A model generated the notes under the pieces. It had not been told where the DNA came from, searched no databases, and was given only the letters and a program-made list of their open reading frames with translations. Below, piece by piece: positions 35,507 to 44,911 of a stretch of 64,000 nt of DNA. The DNA is from an uncultured bacterium (GTDB taxonomy: Bacteria > Patescibacteriota > Minisyncoccia > Phycocordibacterales > PALSA-1337): positions 506,042 to 570,041 of the forward strand of contig OY969557.1 of NCBI GenBank assembly GCA_963701025.1. Reading direction: 5' to 3'. How positions within the stretch are numbered: the first letter of the stretch is position 1; each line of letters starts with the position of its first letter. Made by a program: the position numbers and the translations under genes.

Positions 35507-36922
35507 TTAAATCTTGTTAGGCACCCACGTTTTTTCAACAGCTGTTCGTCTTCCCCTCCTCTTCACCAGCACAAACCCGATCAAAAACACCGCGTAAAAA
35601 CCCGCCACCCACCATCCGGAGAAAGCCGGCAGATATACCGCAGCGAACGGCAATCTGGCAAAATGTTCGACTATGAAAAGCTCGTAGGATAGAAGCAGAT
35701 GCGCGCCCCAACCCATGACTTGCGAGGCGAGCGCGGATACAAATCCCGCGGCGCCGGTCAGAAAGACGGCGAGCATCGTTATGGGGACTAGGGGCAATAC
35801 GAGCATATTTGCCGCTACTCCGATGATGGAGAGCTGACCCATAATGTAGAGAATGAAAGGCGAGACGAATATCTGGGTGGAGACCGTGGCGGCGATGATG
35901 CCGCGGACGCCGAATGCGTCAGGGATGAAAGCCAGTCGCTCTTCTATGGGTTTCGCCAATATGATGAGCCCGAAGGTGGCAAGGAACGACAATTGGAATG
36001 AGGCGTCATATAGCAATATCATCGGATTCTGGATGAGCATGACCAGTCCGGCGAAAGACAGCGACCTTATGATGCTGTAGTCTCGGCGCATGAGATCGGC
36101 AGAAAGCGCTATGCCTGACATAAAACAGGAACGCACGACCGTGGCTCCGCCGCCGACCAGGATACCGAAAAGGACTATGCCCAAAGCGCCTATGGCGATA
36201 CCCCAAACCCGTGGCAGGAATGAGAGCAGACGGCGCATAGCCACCGCCACGATGGTTATGTTAAAACCGGACAAGACGACGATGTGGATCAAGCCGACTG
36301 TGCGGAAATCATTGAGCAGGTCCGTGCCCAGAGCGGCCTTTTCGCCCACGACCAGTCCCGCCGCCAAGGCCGAGTGCGGTTCGCCGAGAGCGCCGTTCAG
36401 ATTGTCCACAAAAGCGCGCTTGATCTTGAGCAGGAAGGACGTGATAGATTGGCCCTTATCGGCTTCGGCCAAAGATACCGTTGAGCTCTTCATCTCATAG
36501 AAGATGTCGTCCTTGGCCAGATAATTCCGGTAATCGAACGGCCTGCCACTGCCGCTGGCGAAATTGACCGGCGCAAGCAATTTCCCCGAAAATGATACGG
36601 TCTCCCCGTAATGGAACCTCGGATAGAGCTTGGTCTTCATGCGTACGAGCATGCCGCTGGGACATTCAGTGGCGCTTGCCGGAGAAGTCCCTGGAGAAGT
36701 GCCGCTAGTCGAAATATTCTGCGGCGACAATTTTTCAGCCTCTACGATCAAGATCTGGCCTGTGTCGGTGAATGACGGATCTTGAGTGATCGTGCCGGTG
36801 CCGCGTATCTGTTGTTTCAGGCATGAGCCCATATCTGGCGGATGTATGCCAAACGAAAAAATCAGACGGATGAGAGCCGCTCCGCCGAAAATCGTCCAGA
36901 AGATAAAGACTCTCCGGTTCAT
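35507..36922 (-). CDS. comEC: ComEC/Rec2 DNA-uptake channel (DUF4131 + Competence domains), lacking the MBL domain
   Basis: Polytopic membrane protein with a ComEC competence-domain pattern. Its stop lies 2 nt from the sodA-like stop on the opposite strand. Confidence 0.8.
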   Translation of the reverse strand: MNRRVFIFWTIFGGAALIRLIFSFGIHPPDMGSCLKQQIRGTGTITQDPSFTDTGQILIVEAEKLSPQNISTSGTSPGTSPASATECPSGMLVRMKTKLYPRFHYGETVSFSGKLLAPVNFASGSGRPFDYRNYLAKDDIFYEMKSSTVSLAEADKGQSITSFLLKIKRAFVDNLNGALGEPHSALAAGLVVGEKAALGTDLLNDFRTVGLIHIVVLSGFNITIVAVAMRRLLSFLPRVWGIAIGALGIVLFGILVGGGATVVRSCFMSGIALSADLMRRDYSIIRSLSFAGLVMLIQNPMILLYDASFQLSFLATFGLIILAKPIEERLAFIPDAFGVRGIIAATVSTQIFVSPFILYIMGQLSIIGVAANMLVLPLVPITMLAVFLTGAAGFVSALASQVMGWGAHLLLSYELFIVEHFARLPFAAVYLPAFSGWWVAGFYAVFLIGFVLVKRRGRRTAVEKTWVPNKI

Positions 36923-36945
36923 GGAGGGCCATTGTACTCGTCCAA

Positions 36946-36990
36946 GATAAAGGAACGCTCAAGAAAGCCTCAAGAAACGATGAAGATCCG
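36946..36990. promoter_or_regulatory. Second copy of the 45-nt element, upstream of the comEC channel gene
   Basis: GATAAAGGAACGCTCAAGAAAGCCTCAAGAAACGATGAAGATCCG aligns with 34766-34810. Confidence 0.5.
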
Positions 36991-37031
36991 CTCAAATTTC
37001 ACTGAAGATCTGCTTGCTTGCCTATAATCGG

Positions 37032-37864
37032 CTAGAATGCGCCGAATTCATCGATTATTCTCTGCTCGTCTTCGAGATCGACCGACTTTTTATGCTTGGC
37101 GCCTTTAATTCCCTTGACCCGTTTCTCGCATTCCGGCCATGAATGATGGACTTCGATGACGCCACCGACCATGCTCACGTATGAATACGCTTTGGTCCGC
37201 CGGCTGGCTGACGAGCGAGAGGAAGCCGACTTCTTTTTCTCCAAGTCGGCCTCGTTGTGCGAGATGTCCAATATATCCGGCAAGTCATAGCCGCCGATAG
37301 CGTACCTTTATACAAGGCAATCTTCCTTCCGTCGGCAAAAGCCGTGGCGATGTGATCGCACCTCTCATTGCCTAGAATCCCGATGTGACCGCCGACATAT
37401 TTCCACTCGATGTTTCCGCCGGATGATTTGACGGCGCCGGCGACATCATCCAGTTTTTTCCAAAGGTCTGCGTTCAATACGCTTTTCCTCGCCTTGGTCT
37501 TCCAGCCATTCTTCTTCCAAGAGTGAATCCACCTCGTTATTCCGTTGATGACGTAAGAGGAGTCTATGTAGAGGATGATTCGTACGCCCTTTGATTCTTT
37601 GCCTTGTAACTCGCATAGCGCGTGTGTCGCCGCCATGAGCTCCATCCTATTATTCGTCGTGTCTTTTTCGCCACCGCCAAACTCTGTAACCTTCGCGGCC
37701 TTATTTGCGGCCTTGTTTTTATTTTTTCCGACGACCATTCTTCCGCTGGCTGGCGGATTTCCATTTTCAATGACGATCGCTCCCCAGCCGCCTGGACCCG
37801 GGTTTCCGCGAGATGAGCCGTCAGTGAAGATGGTGACGGGATTTTTATTATTCATAGATGTCAT
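37032..37864 (-). CDS. rnhA: RNase HI with C-terminal Cauli_VI-like hybrid-binding domain; reading frame broken by one frameshift near 37300
   Basis: RNase H fold motifs (TDGSS..., MELMAA, DSSYV, NERCDHIATAFA). After ...ALYKG the frame shifts to ...YAIGGYDLPDILDISH...YSYVSMVGGVIEVHHSWPECEKRVKGIKGAKHKK, a Cauli_VI/HBD pattern. Consistent with a 1-nt deletion in a TT run. Confidence 0.7.
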
Positions 37865-38105
37865 GGTCTCTTATTTGGTAAAATCTCGCCATGCCTTTGC
37901 CTTCAAACTTGAATATGATGCGAAACTTGAAATTAACAGAGAAAGCATACCGTCCCGCAAGCCTGCCCGACAGTTTATGAGTCTTCAATTCGACATCAAA
38001 AGGGTCCTTTTTGAAAATCGATTCCTTCTCCCCTGTCAAAATCTTTACTGCGCTCGGCAATCTCCTGAATTGCTTGACGAATTTGGAATGAAAAAAGATG
38101 TGCAC
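37848..38105 (-). CDS. RelE/ParE-family toxin
   Basis: 85 aa with KLSGRLAGRYAFSVNFKFRIIFKFE...RFYQIRDHDIY. Confidence 0.65.
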   Translation of the reverse strand: MHIFFHSKFVKQFRRLPSAVKILTGEKESIFKKDPFDVELKTHKLSGRLAGRYAFSVNFKFRIIFKFEGKGMARFYQIRDHDIYE

Positions 38106-38115
38106 GCGTGCAATT

Positions 38116-38334
38116 CTATCTTATATCGCGCACTGAATCAAAATGCTTCCAATTCTTTCCTTGCTTGAAATCTTTGTCCGCCCTATCTAACTCCATCGCC
38201 AACCTCTCGGTATTCCACATCCTCAAAATATGCCGGAAGAACTCGCTCGTTGAAGCGAAGCGGCCGGCCTTGACCTCCTTTTTGACTTCAGCGGCCAGAG
38301 AAGCGGGTAACGATATGTTGATGACGGAGCGCAT
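38116..38334 (-). CDS. ParD/RHH-type antitoxin
   Basis: 72 aa with ISLPASLAAEVKKEVKAGRFASTSEFFRHILRMW, a ribbon-helix-helix pattern. It lies 10 nt upstream of the toxin. Confidence 0.6.
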   Translation of the reverse strand: MRSVINISLPASLAAEVKKEVKAGRFASTSEFFRHILRMWNTERLAMELDRADKDFKQGKNWKHFDSVRDIR

Positions 38335-38394
38335 AATGGTGTGTATTATTTGTAATATATTGTATTACAAGCATAGCAAAAGGGTTTTTTATTG

Positions 38395-40212
38395 TCAATC
38401 AATTACGTCTACGACTCGAAGACGCAATTCCGTCCTCCCCCGGAACATGGACTTCTCGACGGACGCGATCAGATCGACAGGCTTATTCACCTCGACTTTT
38501 TTGGCCCATTTATTCTCCACGCCGAAGAACGAGATGGCGGGGATCTTAACGCCGTTAGATTTCTTGAACATAAGCTCGATATGCTCGCTCCCCTTGCCAA
38601 ACCGACGTACAGCTATGGGCGCAACCCCTTTAAAAAGAAAGACCGGCTTGGCATTACCGAAGCCGAACGGCGCAAGCTGATTGATGTCTTTTTGGAGGTT
38701 CCAATCAACGTCATTTATCGAAAGTTCCAAATCTATCATGTCGTCATCCGTCTGACCATTCGAATCTTTGATTTCGGATTTCGTGCCTAGGATCTCGTGC
38801 TCCAGATTTCGGATCTTCTCCTGCGCCTCATTCATATGCTTCTCCAGGAAATGGACCGAATCGTTGGCCACGGCGAACCCTCCGGAATATCGGTGACCGC
38901 CGAATTGGGTGAGCACCCCCGCGGGCACGGCGCGCATGATCTCGACGACATTGGACCGGCCTTCGGAACGGCATGAACCCTTGATGGCATTGTCGCCGTC
39001 GCGGCCCCAGAGGAAGACCGGCCGGCTGAACTCTCCGGCGCAGGCATTGGCCACCAAGCCCAAGAGCGACGGACGCCAGTCCGGGTTGCCCAAGACGATA
39101 ACCGATGGAAATGAAGCGGCGTCGTGTCCGTGCCGGCCGTGCAGTGTCTTCTTCACTTCCTTGACCAGCGACGCGACCATGCCCTTGCGTTCATCGTTGA
39201 CGGCGTCGAGGCGGTCGGCGAATATCCGCGCGTCGGCGTCGTTGTCAGCCGTAAGCAGACTGAAGGCGTCCATGGGCGCGCCCATGCGCGAGGCGGCATT
39301 GATGCGCGGCGTCACCATGAATGCGACATCGTCTTCGGTCAGGTGCCGCTGGGCTATCTTCAATTTTTCAAGCAGACGGACCAATCCTTTGCGCGGGCTT
39401 TTACGCAGGACTTCGAGGCCGTAATAGGCGAAAACGCGATTCTCGCCGACGAGAGGCACCATGTCGGACAAGGTGGCCAGCCCTACCATGTCCAGAAGCC
39501 ATTTTTCATGACCATCCTTGAGGCCGAGATCTATACCGAGTATTTTTGCTTTTTTCAGGACGGCCTGGATGAGCTTGAAAGCCACGCCGGCGCCGCAGAT
39601 ATCCTTGTCCGTATAGGCGCAATCGGTTTGCTTGTGATCCACGATGGCGAAAGCCGGAGGCAGTCCTCCGCCAGTCGCTCCGCCAGCTGGCGGATGATGG
39701 AGCAGAGGCGGCTCGTGATGGTCGGTGATGATGACGTCCATTTTCAATGCATTGGCGCGCTCTACCGGCGTCACATCGGATATGCCGCAGTCAACGGTTA
39801 TGATCAGATTTACCTTTTCACCGGCCAATTGCTCGATGGCCTCGACATTCAGGCCGAAACCTTCGTCGTGGCGGTGCGGGATGTATATGGAAAAGTCCTT
39901 GAAGCCGATCCGAGTGAAAAAGTCATGCCAGATGACCGCCCCCGGTATGCCGTCGGCGTCATAGTCCGCGTAAATGGCTATGCGTTCGTCGTCGCGGATA
40001 GCTTTTATGACGCGACTGGCGCTCTTTTCCGCGTCTTTCAACAAAAACGGGTCATGAGTGTCGCGAATATAGTCCGGCGCGAGGAACTTCTTGGCCGTCT
40101 CCGCGTCTTTTAGCCCTCTATGATGCATGAGATGCGCCAGCAGAGGCGAGAAGCCGGCCAGTCTGGCTTGCTCGTCGTTGGAAAGAGGCCGGCGGATGGA
40201 ATATGCGGACAT
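38395..40212 (-). CDS. recJ: Single-stranded-DNA-specific exonuclease RecJ (DHH/DHHA1)
   Basis: DHH motif (ITDHHEP) and a DHHA1 C-terminal region. Start at the Met at 40212; the ORF is open to 40374. Confidence 0.85.
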   Translation of the reverse strand: MSAYSIRRPLSNDEQARLAGFSPLLAHLMHHRGLKDAETAKKFLAPDYIRDTHDPFLLKDAEKSASRVIKAIRDDERIAIYADYDADGIPGAVIWHDFFTRIGFKDFSIYIPHRHDEGFGLNVEAIEQLAGEKVNLIITVDCGISDVTPVERANALKMDVIITDHHEPPLLHHPPAGGATGGGLPPAFAIVDHKQTDCAYTDKDICGAGVAFKLIQAVLKKAKILGIDLGLKDGHEKWLLDMVGLATLSDMVPLVGENRVFAYYGLEVLRKSPRKGLVRLLEKLKIAQRHLTEDDVAFMVTPRINAASRMGAPMDAFSLLTADNDADARIFADRLDAVNDERKGMVASLVKEVKKTLHGRHGHDAASFPSVIVLGNPDWRPSLLGLVANACAGEFSRPVFLWGRDGDNAIKGSCRSEGRSNVVEIMRAVPAGVLTQFGGHRYSGGFAVANDSVHFLEKHMNEAQEKIRNLEHEILGTKSEIKDSNGQTDDDMIDLELSINDVDWNLQKDINQLAPFGFGNAKPVFLFKGVAPIAVRRFGKGSEHIELMFKKSNGVKIPAISFFGVENKWAKKVEVNKPVDLIASVEKSMFRGRTELRLRVVDVID

Positions 40213-40235
40213 GGACAAAGTATAGCAGGAGATTC

Positions 40236-40265
40236 GGGTCAAATGGTGGAAATGAGCCGATTGGG
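40236..40265 (-). repeat. Third copy of the TTTCCACCATTT hairpin motif (inverse orientation), between recJ and the HIT gene
   Basis: The minus strand reads CCCAATCGGCTCATTTCCACCATTTGACCC. The 20-nt core is identical to copy 1. Confidence 0.7.
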
Positions 40266-40278
40266 TTAAAATATTTCC

Positions 40279-40689
40279 ATGAAAGACTGTATCTTCTGCA
40301 AGATAGTCAAAAAGGAGATACCGGCGAATATAGTCTATGAGGATAGCACCGCTTTGGCTGTGTTGGATATACATCCGTCAGCGCCGGGCCATACCATGGT
40401 CATACCGAAGAAACACGGTTTTTCGATATTGGATTATTCCAGCAAAGAGCTAGGCGCGCTCATGGACACGGTCAAGAAAATGGCGGAGGCATTGGAAGAG
40501 ACCTTGCAATGCGATGCCATAACCATTGGCATCAATCACAAGGAGAAAAAAGGCGTTCCGCACCTGCACATACACTTGATCCCGCGCCGTGACGATGACG
40601 GTGGCCAACCTATCCAAGGAGTAGTCGATAAAGACGGTGAGAAAAGTATCGGCGAAATGGCCGACAAGATCATCTCGATCTTGCGTTGA
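40279..40689 (+). CDS. HIT-family (histidine triad) hydrolase
   Basis: HLHIHLIPR histidine triad and an N-terminal CIFCKI motif. Confidence 0.85.
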   Translation: MKDCIFCKIVKKEIPANIVYEDSTALAVLDIHPSAPGHTMVIPKKHGFSILDYSSKELGALMDTVKKMAEALEETLQCDAITIGINHKEKKGVPHLHIHLIPRRDDDGGQPIQGVVDKDGEKSIGEMADKIISILR

Positions 40690-41845
40690 GCGCCTCGATC
40701 CCAGGCAAGGTGCCCTGGGCCAGGAAATCCAACATCGCTCCGCCGCCGGTTGAAACGAAGGTGAACCGGTCTTCGATGCCGAGCCGCGATATGGCCGATA
40801 ATGTGTCTCCGCCGCCGACTATCGAGCGCACATTTTTATCTGAAACAGTCCTATCAGCAATATTTTTCGCCAATGCCTCTGTTCCTTCAATAAATCCTCT
40901 CTCGAACAAACCAAGTGGACCGTTCCAGAGAATGAACCGCGCCGCGTCTATCTTTTCCTTGAGCGCCGAAAGCGTCTTCGGGCCGGAGTCGAGGATAGTA
41001 TCGCTCGTGCCCATGGCATCTACGCTCTTTTCCGAATGATCCTGGATGATGGCGTCGACCGGGATCATGATGTTCGGCTGGCCGATCGCATCGGAAATAT
41101 CGTCGGTGCCGTCGGAGATCTTGGACATGCCGATCTCATGGCCTTGAGCTTTCAAAGCGTCATTGGCCAAAGCACCGCCGATGAAGACCGTGTCGGCGGT
41201 CTTGGTGAATTTCTTGATGAGAGGCAATTTCGTGTCGAACTTCGCCCCGCCTAGCACGAAGACGAACGGATGAGACGGGTTGAAGGCGGCGCTCAATTGC
41301 TTGACCTCTTCTTCGAACTGAAGGCCGGCATAACTGGGAAGAAATCGCGTGATAGCACAGACGGAAGCGTGCTCGCGATGCGAAACAGAGAAGGCGTCAT
41401 TGACGTATATATCCCCGAGCGAGGCTAGCTGTTCCGCGAATTTCGCGTCATTCTCCTTTTCGCCGGGATTTTCCCGGATATTTTCCAGAAGGATCATCTC
41501 ACCGTCTTTCAAAGACTCGGCCGCTCCAAAAGCGGAGGAAAGATTCTTGATGAATGTCACCGGCAGGCCTTTTTTCTTCAAGTAATCGGCGACCTGAGTC
41601 AGAGTCGGCTTTTTAGCCAAAGGATTTTTCGTTTCCACCAAACCTTCGGCGACTTCGATGTGACTGATGAGGATCAGCCGCGCGCCCTTCTTGCGCAGAA
41701 AATCGATAGTCGGCAGAGCTTTGCGGATGCGAAAGTCATCTTTGATAGCGCCATTTTCCATCGGCACATTGAAATCAACGCGCACTAGAGTCTTGACGCC
41801 TGAAAGATGCTGTATGTCGGCGAGCGTCTTCATGATTTGTGGCAT
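40670..41845 (-). CDS. pgk: Phosphoglycerate kinase
   Basis: Full-length PGK pattern (RVDFNVP...). Confidence 0.95.
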   Translation of the reverse strand: MPQIMKTLADIQHLSGVKTLVRVDFNVPMENGAIKDDFRIRKALPTIDFLRKKGARLILISHIEVAEGLVETKNPLAKKPTLTQVADYLKKKGLPVTFIKNLSSAFGAAESLKDGEMILLENIRENPGEKENDAKFAEQLASLGDIYVNDAFSVSHREHASVCAITRFLPSYAGLQFEEEVKQLSAAFNPSHPFVFVLGGAKFDTKLPLIKKFTKTADTVFIGGALANDALKAQGHEIGMSKISDGTDDISDAIGQPNIMIPVDAIIQDHSEKSVDAMGTSDTILDSGPKTLSALKEKIDAARFILWNGPLGLFERGFIEGTEALAKNIADRTVSDKNVRSIVGGGDTLSAISRLGIEDRFTFVSTGGGAMLDFLAQGTLPGIEALNARSR

Positions 41846-41869
41846 TCGGGTAACATTCGTATATTCGTA

Positions 41870-42634
41870 TTACGCCTTATCCACCGCTTTCAGCAATTCG
41901 ACGAAGCCGGGCGTATTGACGCTCTCGCGGCCGACGAGCAGGCCGTCGACTCCTCCGACGGTCATTATGTCCGGAGCGTTCCGATGCGTGACCGAACCGC
42001 CATAGAGGACTTTGGCCTTGAGGCCGGCGTCCGAGCCGAAAATATCGGCGAATATCTTTTTCACGAAAATGGACATCTCGCGTACATCTTGCGGCCGCAT
42101 GGCCTCTTTGGCTCCGATAGCCCAGACCGGCTCGTATGCCAAGACGATGCGGCCGGCTGATTTCGCCGGTACATTCGCGAAGGTATTCTTGATCTGGCTT
42201 CTCAACGCATCGAGATACGAGCCGTTCTCATCGCGAACGGTTTCGCCGACGCAGACGATAGGAATCAACCGAGCATCGAGGACCGCTTTCAGCCTTCGCG
42301 AGACCGTCTCGTCGCTGTCGCCCGCCTTCCGTTCCTCGGAATGGCCGACGATGACGTATTCGACGCCGGCATCACGGAGCATGACGGCGCTCACTTCTCC
42401 GGTATGGGCTCCGCTTTCTTCATATGAGACCGATTGCGCTGCCATATGGAAATTCTTGGCCGGCTTTCGCGGCGAACAAGGGACGATGAAGGGAAACGGC
42501 GGAGCGATGACGACCTCGGTGCCCCTCAAATCCGACGCCGCGCGCCTGACCTTGCGGGCGATCTTCCTGGCCTCGTCCAGAGTGCCGGGATTCATCTTCC
42601 AATTGCCGACGACGAGTTTTTTAGACATGGACAT
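41870..42634 (-). CDS. tpiA: Triosephosphate isomerase
   Basis: VIVGHSERR-like and AYEPVWAIG motifs. Confidence 0.95.
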   Translation of the reverse strand: MSMSKKLVVGNWKMNPGTLDEARKIARKVRRAASDLRGTEVVIAPPFPFIVPCSPRKPAKNFHMAAQSVSYEESGAHTGEVSAVMLRDAGVEYVIVGHSEERKAGDSDETVSRRLKAVLDARLIPIVCVGETVRDENGSYLDALRSQIKNTFANVPAKSAGRIVLAYEPVWAIGAKEAMRPQDVREMSIFVKKIFADIFGSDAGLKAKVLYGGSVTHRNAPDIMTVGGVDGLLVGRESVNTPGFVELLKAVDKA

Positions 42635-42692
42635 AGTATAACAGGAGCTTTAATACCGCGACATGGTGCTCTACGCGAAGATCAAGCGGAAA

Positions 42693-44264
42693 TCACTGTA
42701 GCTGTTGCCAAGAAATGACTTGATATTGAGTTGTCGCTTGGGGGAATGAGGGCGGCGGGCCGTAAAGAAGATTCCCATCATAATTGATAGTGCGTGTTTG
42801 GTAACCACTCACAAGAGTCCCATTTGAATCTTCCCAAGCAAAGCCATATCTAACGGCAGTAGCAATCATCCCATAAAGGGTGAGTGAGGTGCGTTTGTAT
42901 AAGGATGAGCCGCAACTTTGGGCGTAATAAAATCTCCCCACGCGGCCATTCTCCGCCACCAACGCGCCGTCAATTTCATAATTATCGTCACTTACCAGTC
43001 CGGAATTAACATTGCCTTGTGATATCAAGCCTATGACATCAGTGCCATCGGCATGCGTGTATTTCAGATTCGTATTTATAGTGACGTTCGTATAATTATT
43101 TCCGCTTGTTGCGCCGATATTGGCGGATACGACTGTCACGCGAGCATTGCTGACAATGCCGTCAACCCAAACATTATCGTTAACAAAAAGAACGTCCTTG
43201 GCCGGAATCGACCATGAACCATCGGTATTTGGGCCGACGATCTTGGTTTCCGAGGCGCCAGTTTGATTAGAACCGACAAGATTATTGATGCTCCATGTTC
43301 CCCAATTGGTTCCTGTGTTCCACAACGTCTGACTCTGCGCCGTGCTATCGCTCCCACAGTTGCCCGGCGCAGATTGGAGCGCTGTGACCTTATACATGTT
43401 ATACGTCGTTATGCTATTCAAGACTTCAAAGACGATATGGTATCCGTAAGCACCCGACGCTGCCCAGCACGGTGAGGACCCGGAGGTTGAACATGGGCTA
43501 CCACCATTATTTGTGGCGATGTTTTGTAGGCTGGTTAAGCTCGCCGTCAAACTACTAAAATCAAAAGCGGGCACGGAAACCTGTCTCCCTGACGCAAAAA
43601 TGTCTAACCTTGTCGGGAGCGTCGTCGGTGAGGCAGGATCACCGTTGGGATAGGTAGTAGTGGCAACACATGTATGCACAGCCCATGAATTCGCAGTCGT
43701 ACATGATGAAGAATCTGGATCTGTATATGTCGTCAATGCGCTAGAAACGAGATTATGGGCGACTCCGTCAAAATGGATGCCTTTATTGGATTGAACGGGC
43801 CCATTGACAGTGGTACCGGAACCAAAATTCATATTATCATCCGCAATGACAGCGAATTTTGCCAATGACGGTATGGCGAGAGATTCCTGAACTTTACGAG
43901 TAATCGTGGACGAGGCGAGCGTGCCGACAGAAAGTATCTTGACAACAGTCGACCCCGTGAGCGGCGGGGTAATGGTCAAAGAATAGGTACCTAGCAAATC
44001 TCCGTCGCGATTATAGAAATAATGAACGTAGGGTCCGGAAGTTGTCGTCCCGTCTTTGTAGTCGTTTGGTGATTGTGCCAGATGCCACTGGTAATAATCC
44101 ACGCCGACTTCGGCTATCTGGAGGGCCTGTTCTCTGGCCGCCACGGTACGAATGCCGGTGAGCATGGCCGCACCCCAGTTGGTGAGACCGGTGATGATGG
44201 TGACCGCTATTGCGGCAAAAACGATGACACTCAATAATATATCTCCTCTATTTTTATTAGTCAT
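42693..44264 (-). CDS. PilX-N-like pilus assembly/minor pilin protein (523 aa)
   Basis: N-terminal NRGDILLSVIVFAAIAVTIITGL...ALQIAEVG resembles the PilX N-terminal domain. It overlaps the upstream pilin gene. Confidence 0.5.
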   Translation of the reverse strand: MTNKNRGDILLSVIVFAAIAVTIITGLTNWGAAMLTGIRTVAAREQALQIAEVGVDYYQWHLAQSPNDYKDGTTTSGPYVHYFYNRDGDLLGTYSLTITPPLTGSTVVKILSVGTLASSTITRKVQESLAIPSLAKFAVIADDNMNFGSGTTVNGPVQSNKGIHFDGVAHNLVSSALTTYTDPDSSSCTTANSWAVHTCVATTTYPNGDPASPTTLPTRLDIFASGRQVSVPAFDFSSLTASLTSLQNIATNNGGSPCSTSGSSPCWAASGAYGYHIVFEVLNSITTYNMYKVTALQSAPGNCGSDSTAQSQTLWNTGTNWGTWSINNLVGSNQTGASETKIVGPNTDGSWSIPAKDVLFVNDNVWVDGIVSNARVTVVSANIGATSGNNYTNVTINTNLKYTHADGTDVIGLISQGNVNSGLVSDDNYEIDGALVAENGRVGRFYYAQSCGSSLYKRTSLTLYGMIATAVRYGFAWEDSNGTLVSGYQTRTINYDGNLLYGPPPSFPQATTQYQVISWQQLQ

Positions 44265-44881
44265 AGGTTGTTTTTGAGGTTGCGCAGATTGGTCTGAACC
44301 GTATAGGTAATCGGTGCCGGCGATCGGTTCGGGTCAAGATCAATGATGATATTTATCTTGACCAGACGGACTGCCGCCGTCGATATCGGTTGGGCTAGAG
44401 GCGAGCTCGTACCATTATAATTAGTATCGAAGTATTGGAAAACAGGCGTCGTGTTCCCATTGCGAACATTTGTGATCAGCGTCGTAGTTATCGGACTGCC
44501 CGCATAACCAAGAGGCGCGCCGGACGGCTGAATGACCGATCTTGTCAGAGTCGTACCATTGAGTGAATAGGTGATTTGTTCCGTCTGTCCGTCATTATCA
44601 GGGTCAGAGAAGAAAGAGATACTGGTACTACCGGTACTAACCAACGCATATGCTCCGTTCACGCCCGGAGCCGTCTCGCGCAATTCCGTGAGCATGGTTT
44701 TCAGGATGACTTGAGCGTTCTGCGCTGTGGCAAAAGAGTTGGAGATCTCGCCTTGATATATGAAGGTGTTCGCCTCGAATGTTCCGACGGCGGCGATGAC
44801 CGTCACGAATATGGCGAGAGTGATAAGCACTTCGACGAGAGTCATGCCTCGTCCGACCCTCTGAATTTCATTCTCCATTAT
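44261..44881 (-). CDS. Type IV pilin-like protein (class III prepilin signal)
   Basis: RGMTLVEVLITLAIFVTVIAA has the G/MTLVE prepilin peptidase site. Start assumed at MENEIQ...; the ORF extends to 44911. Confidence 0.65.
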   Translation of the reverse strand: MMENEIQRVGRGMTLVEVLITLAIFVTVIAAVGTFEANTFIYQGEISNSFATAQNAQVILKTMLTELRETAPGVNGAYALVSTGSTSISFFSDPDNDGQTEQITYSLNGTTLTRSVIQPSGAPLGYAGSPITTTLITNVRNGNTTPVFQYFDTNYNGTSSPLAQPISTAAVRLVKINIIIDLDPNRSPAPITYTVQTNLRNLKNNL

Positions 44882-44911
44882 TCTGTGCATGATCGTGTGT
44901 GATTTTATCAT

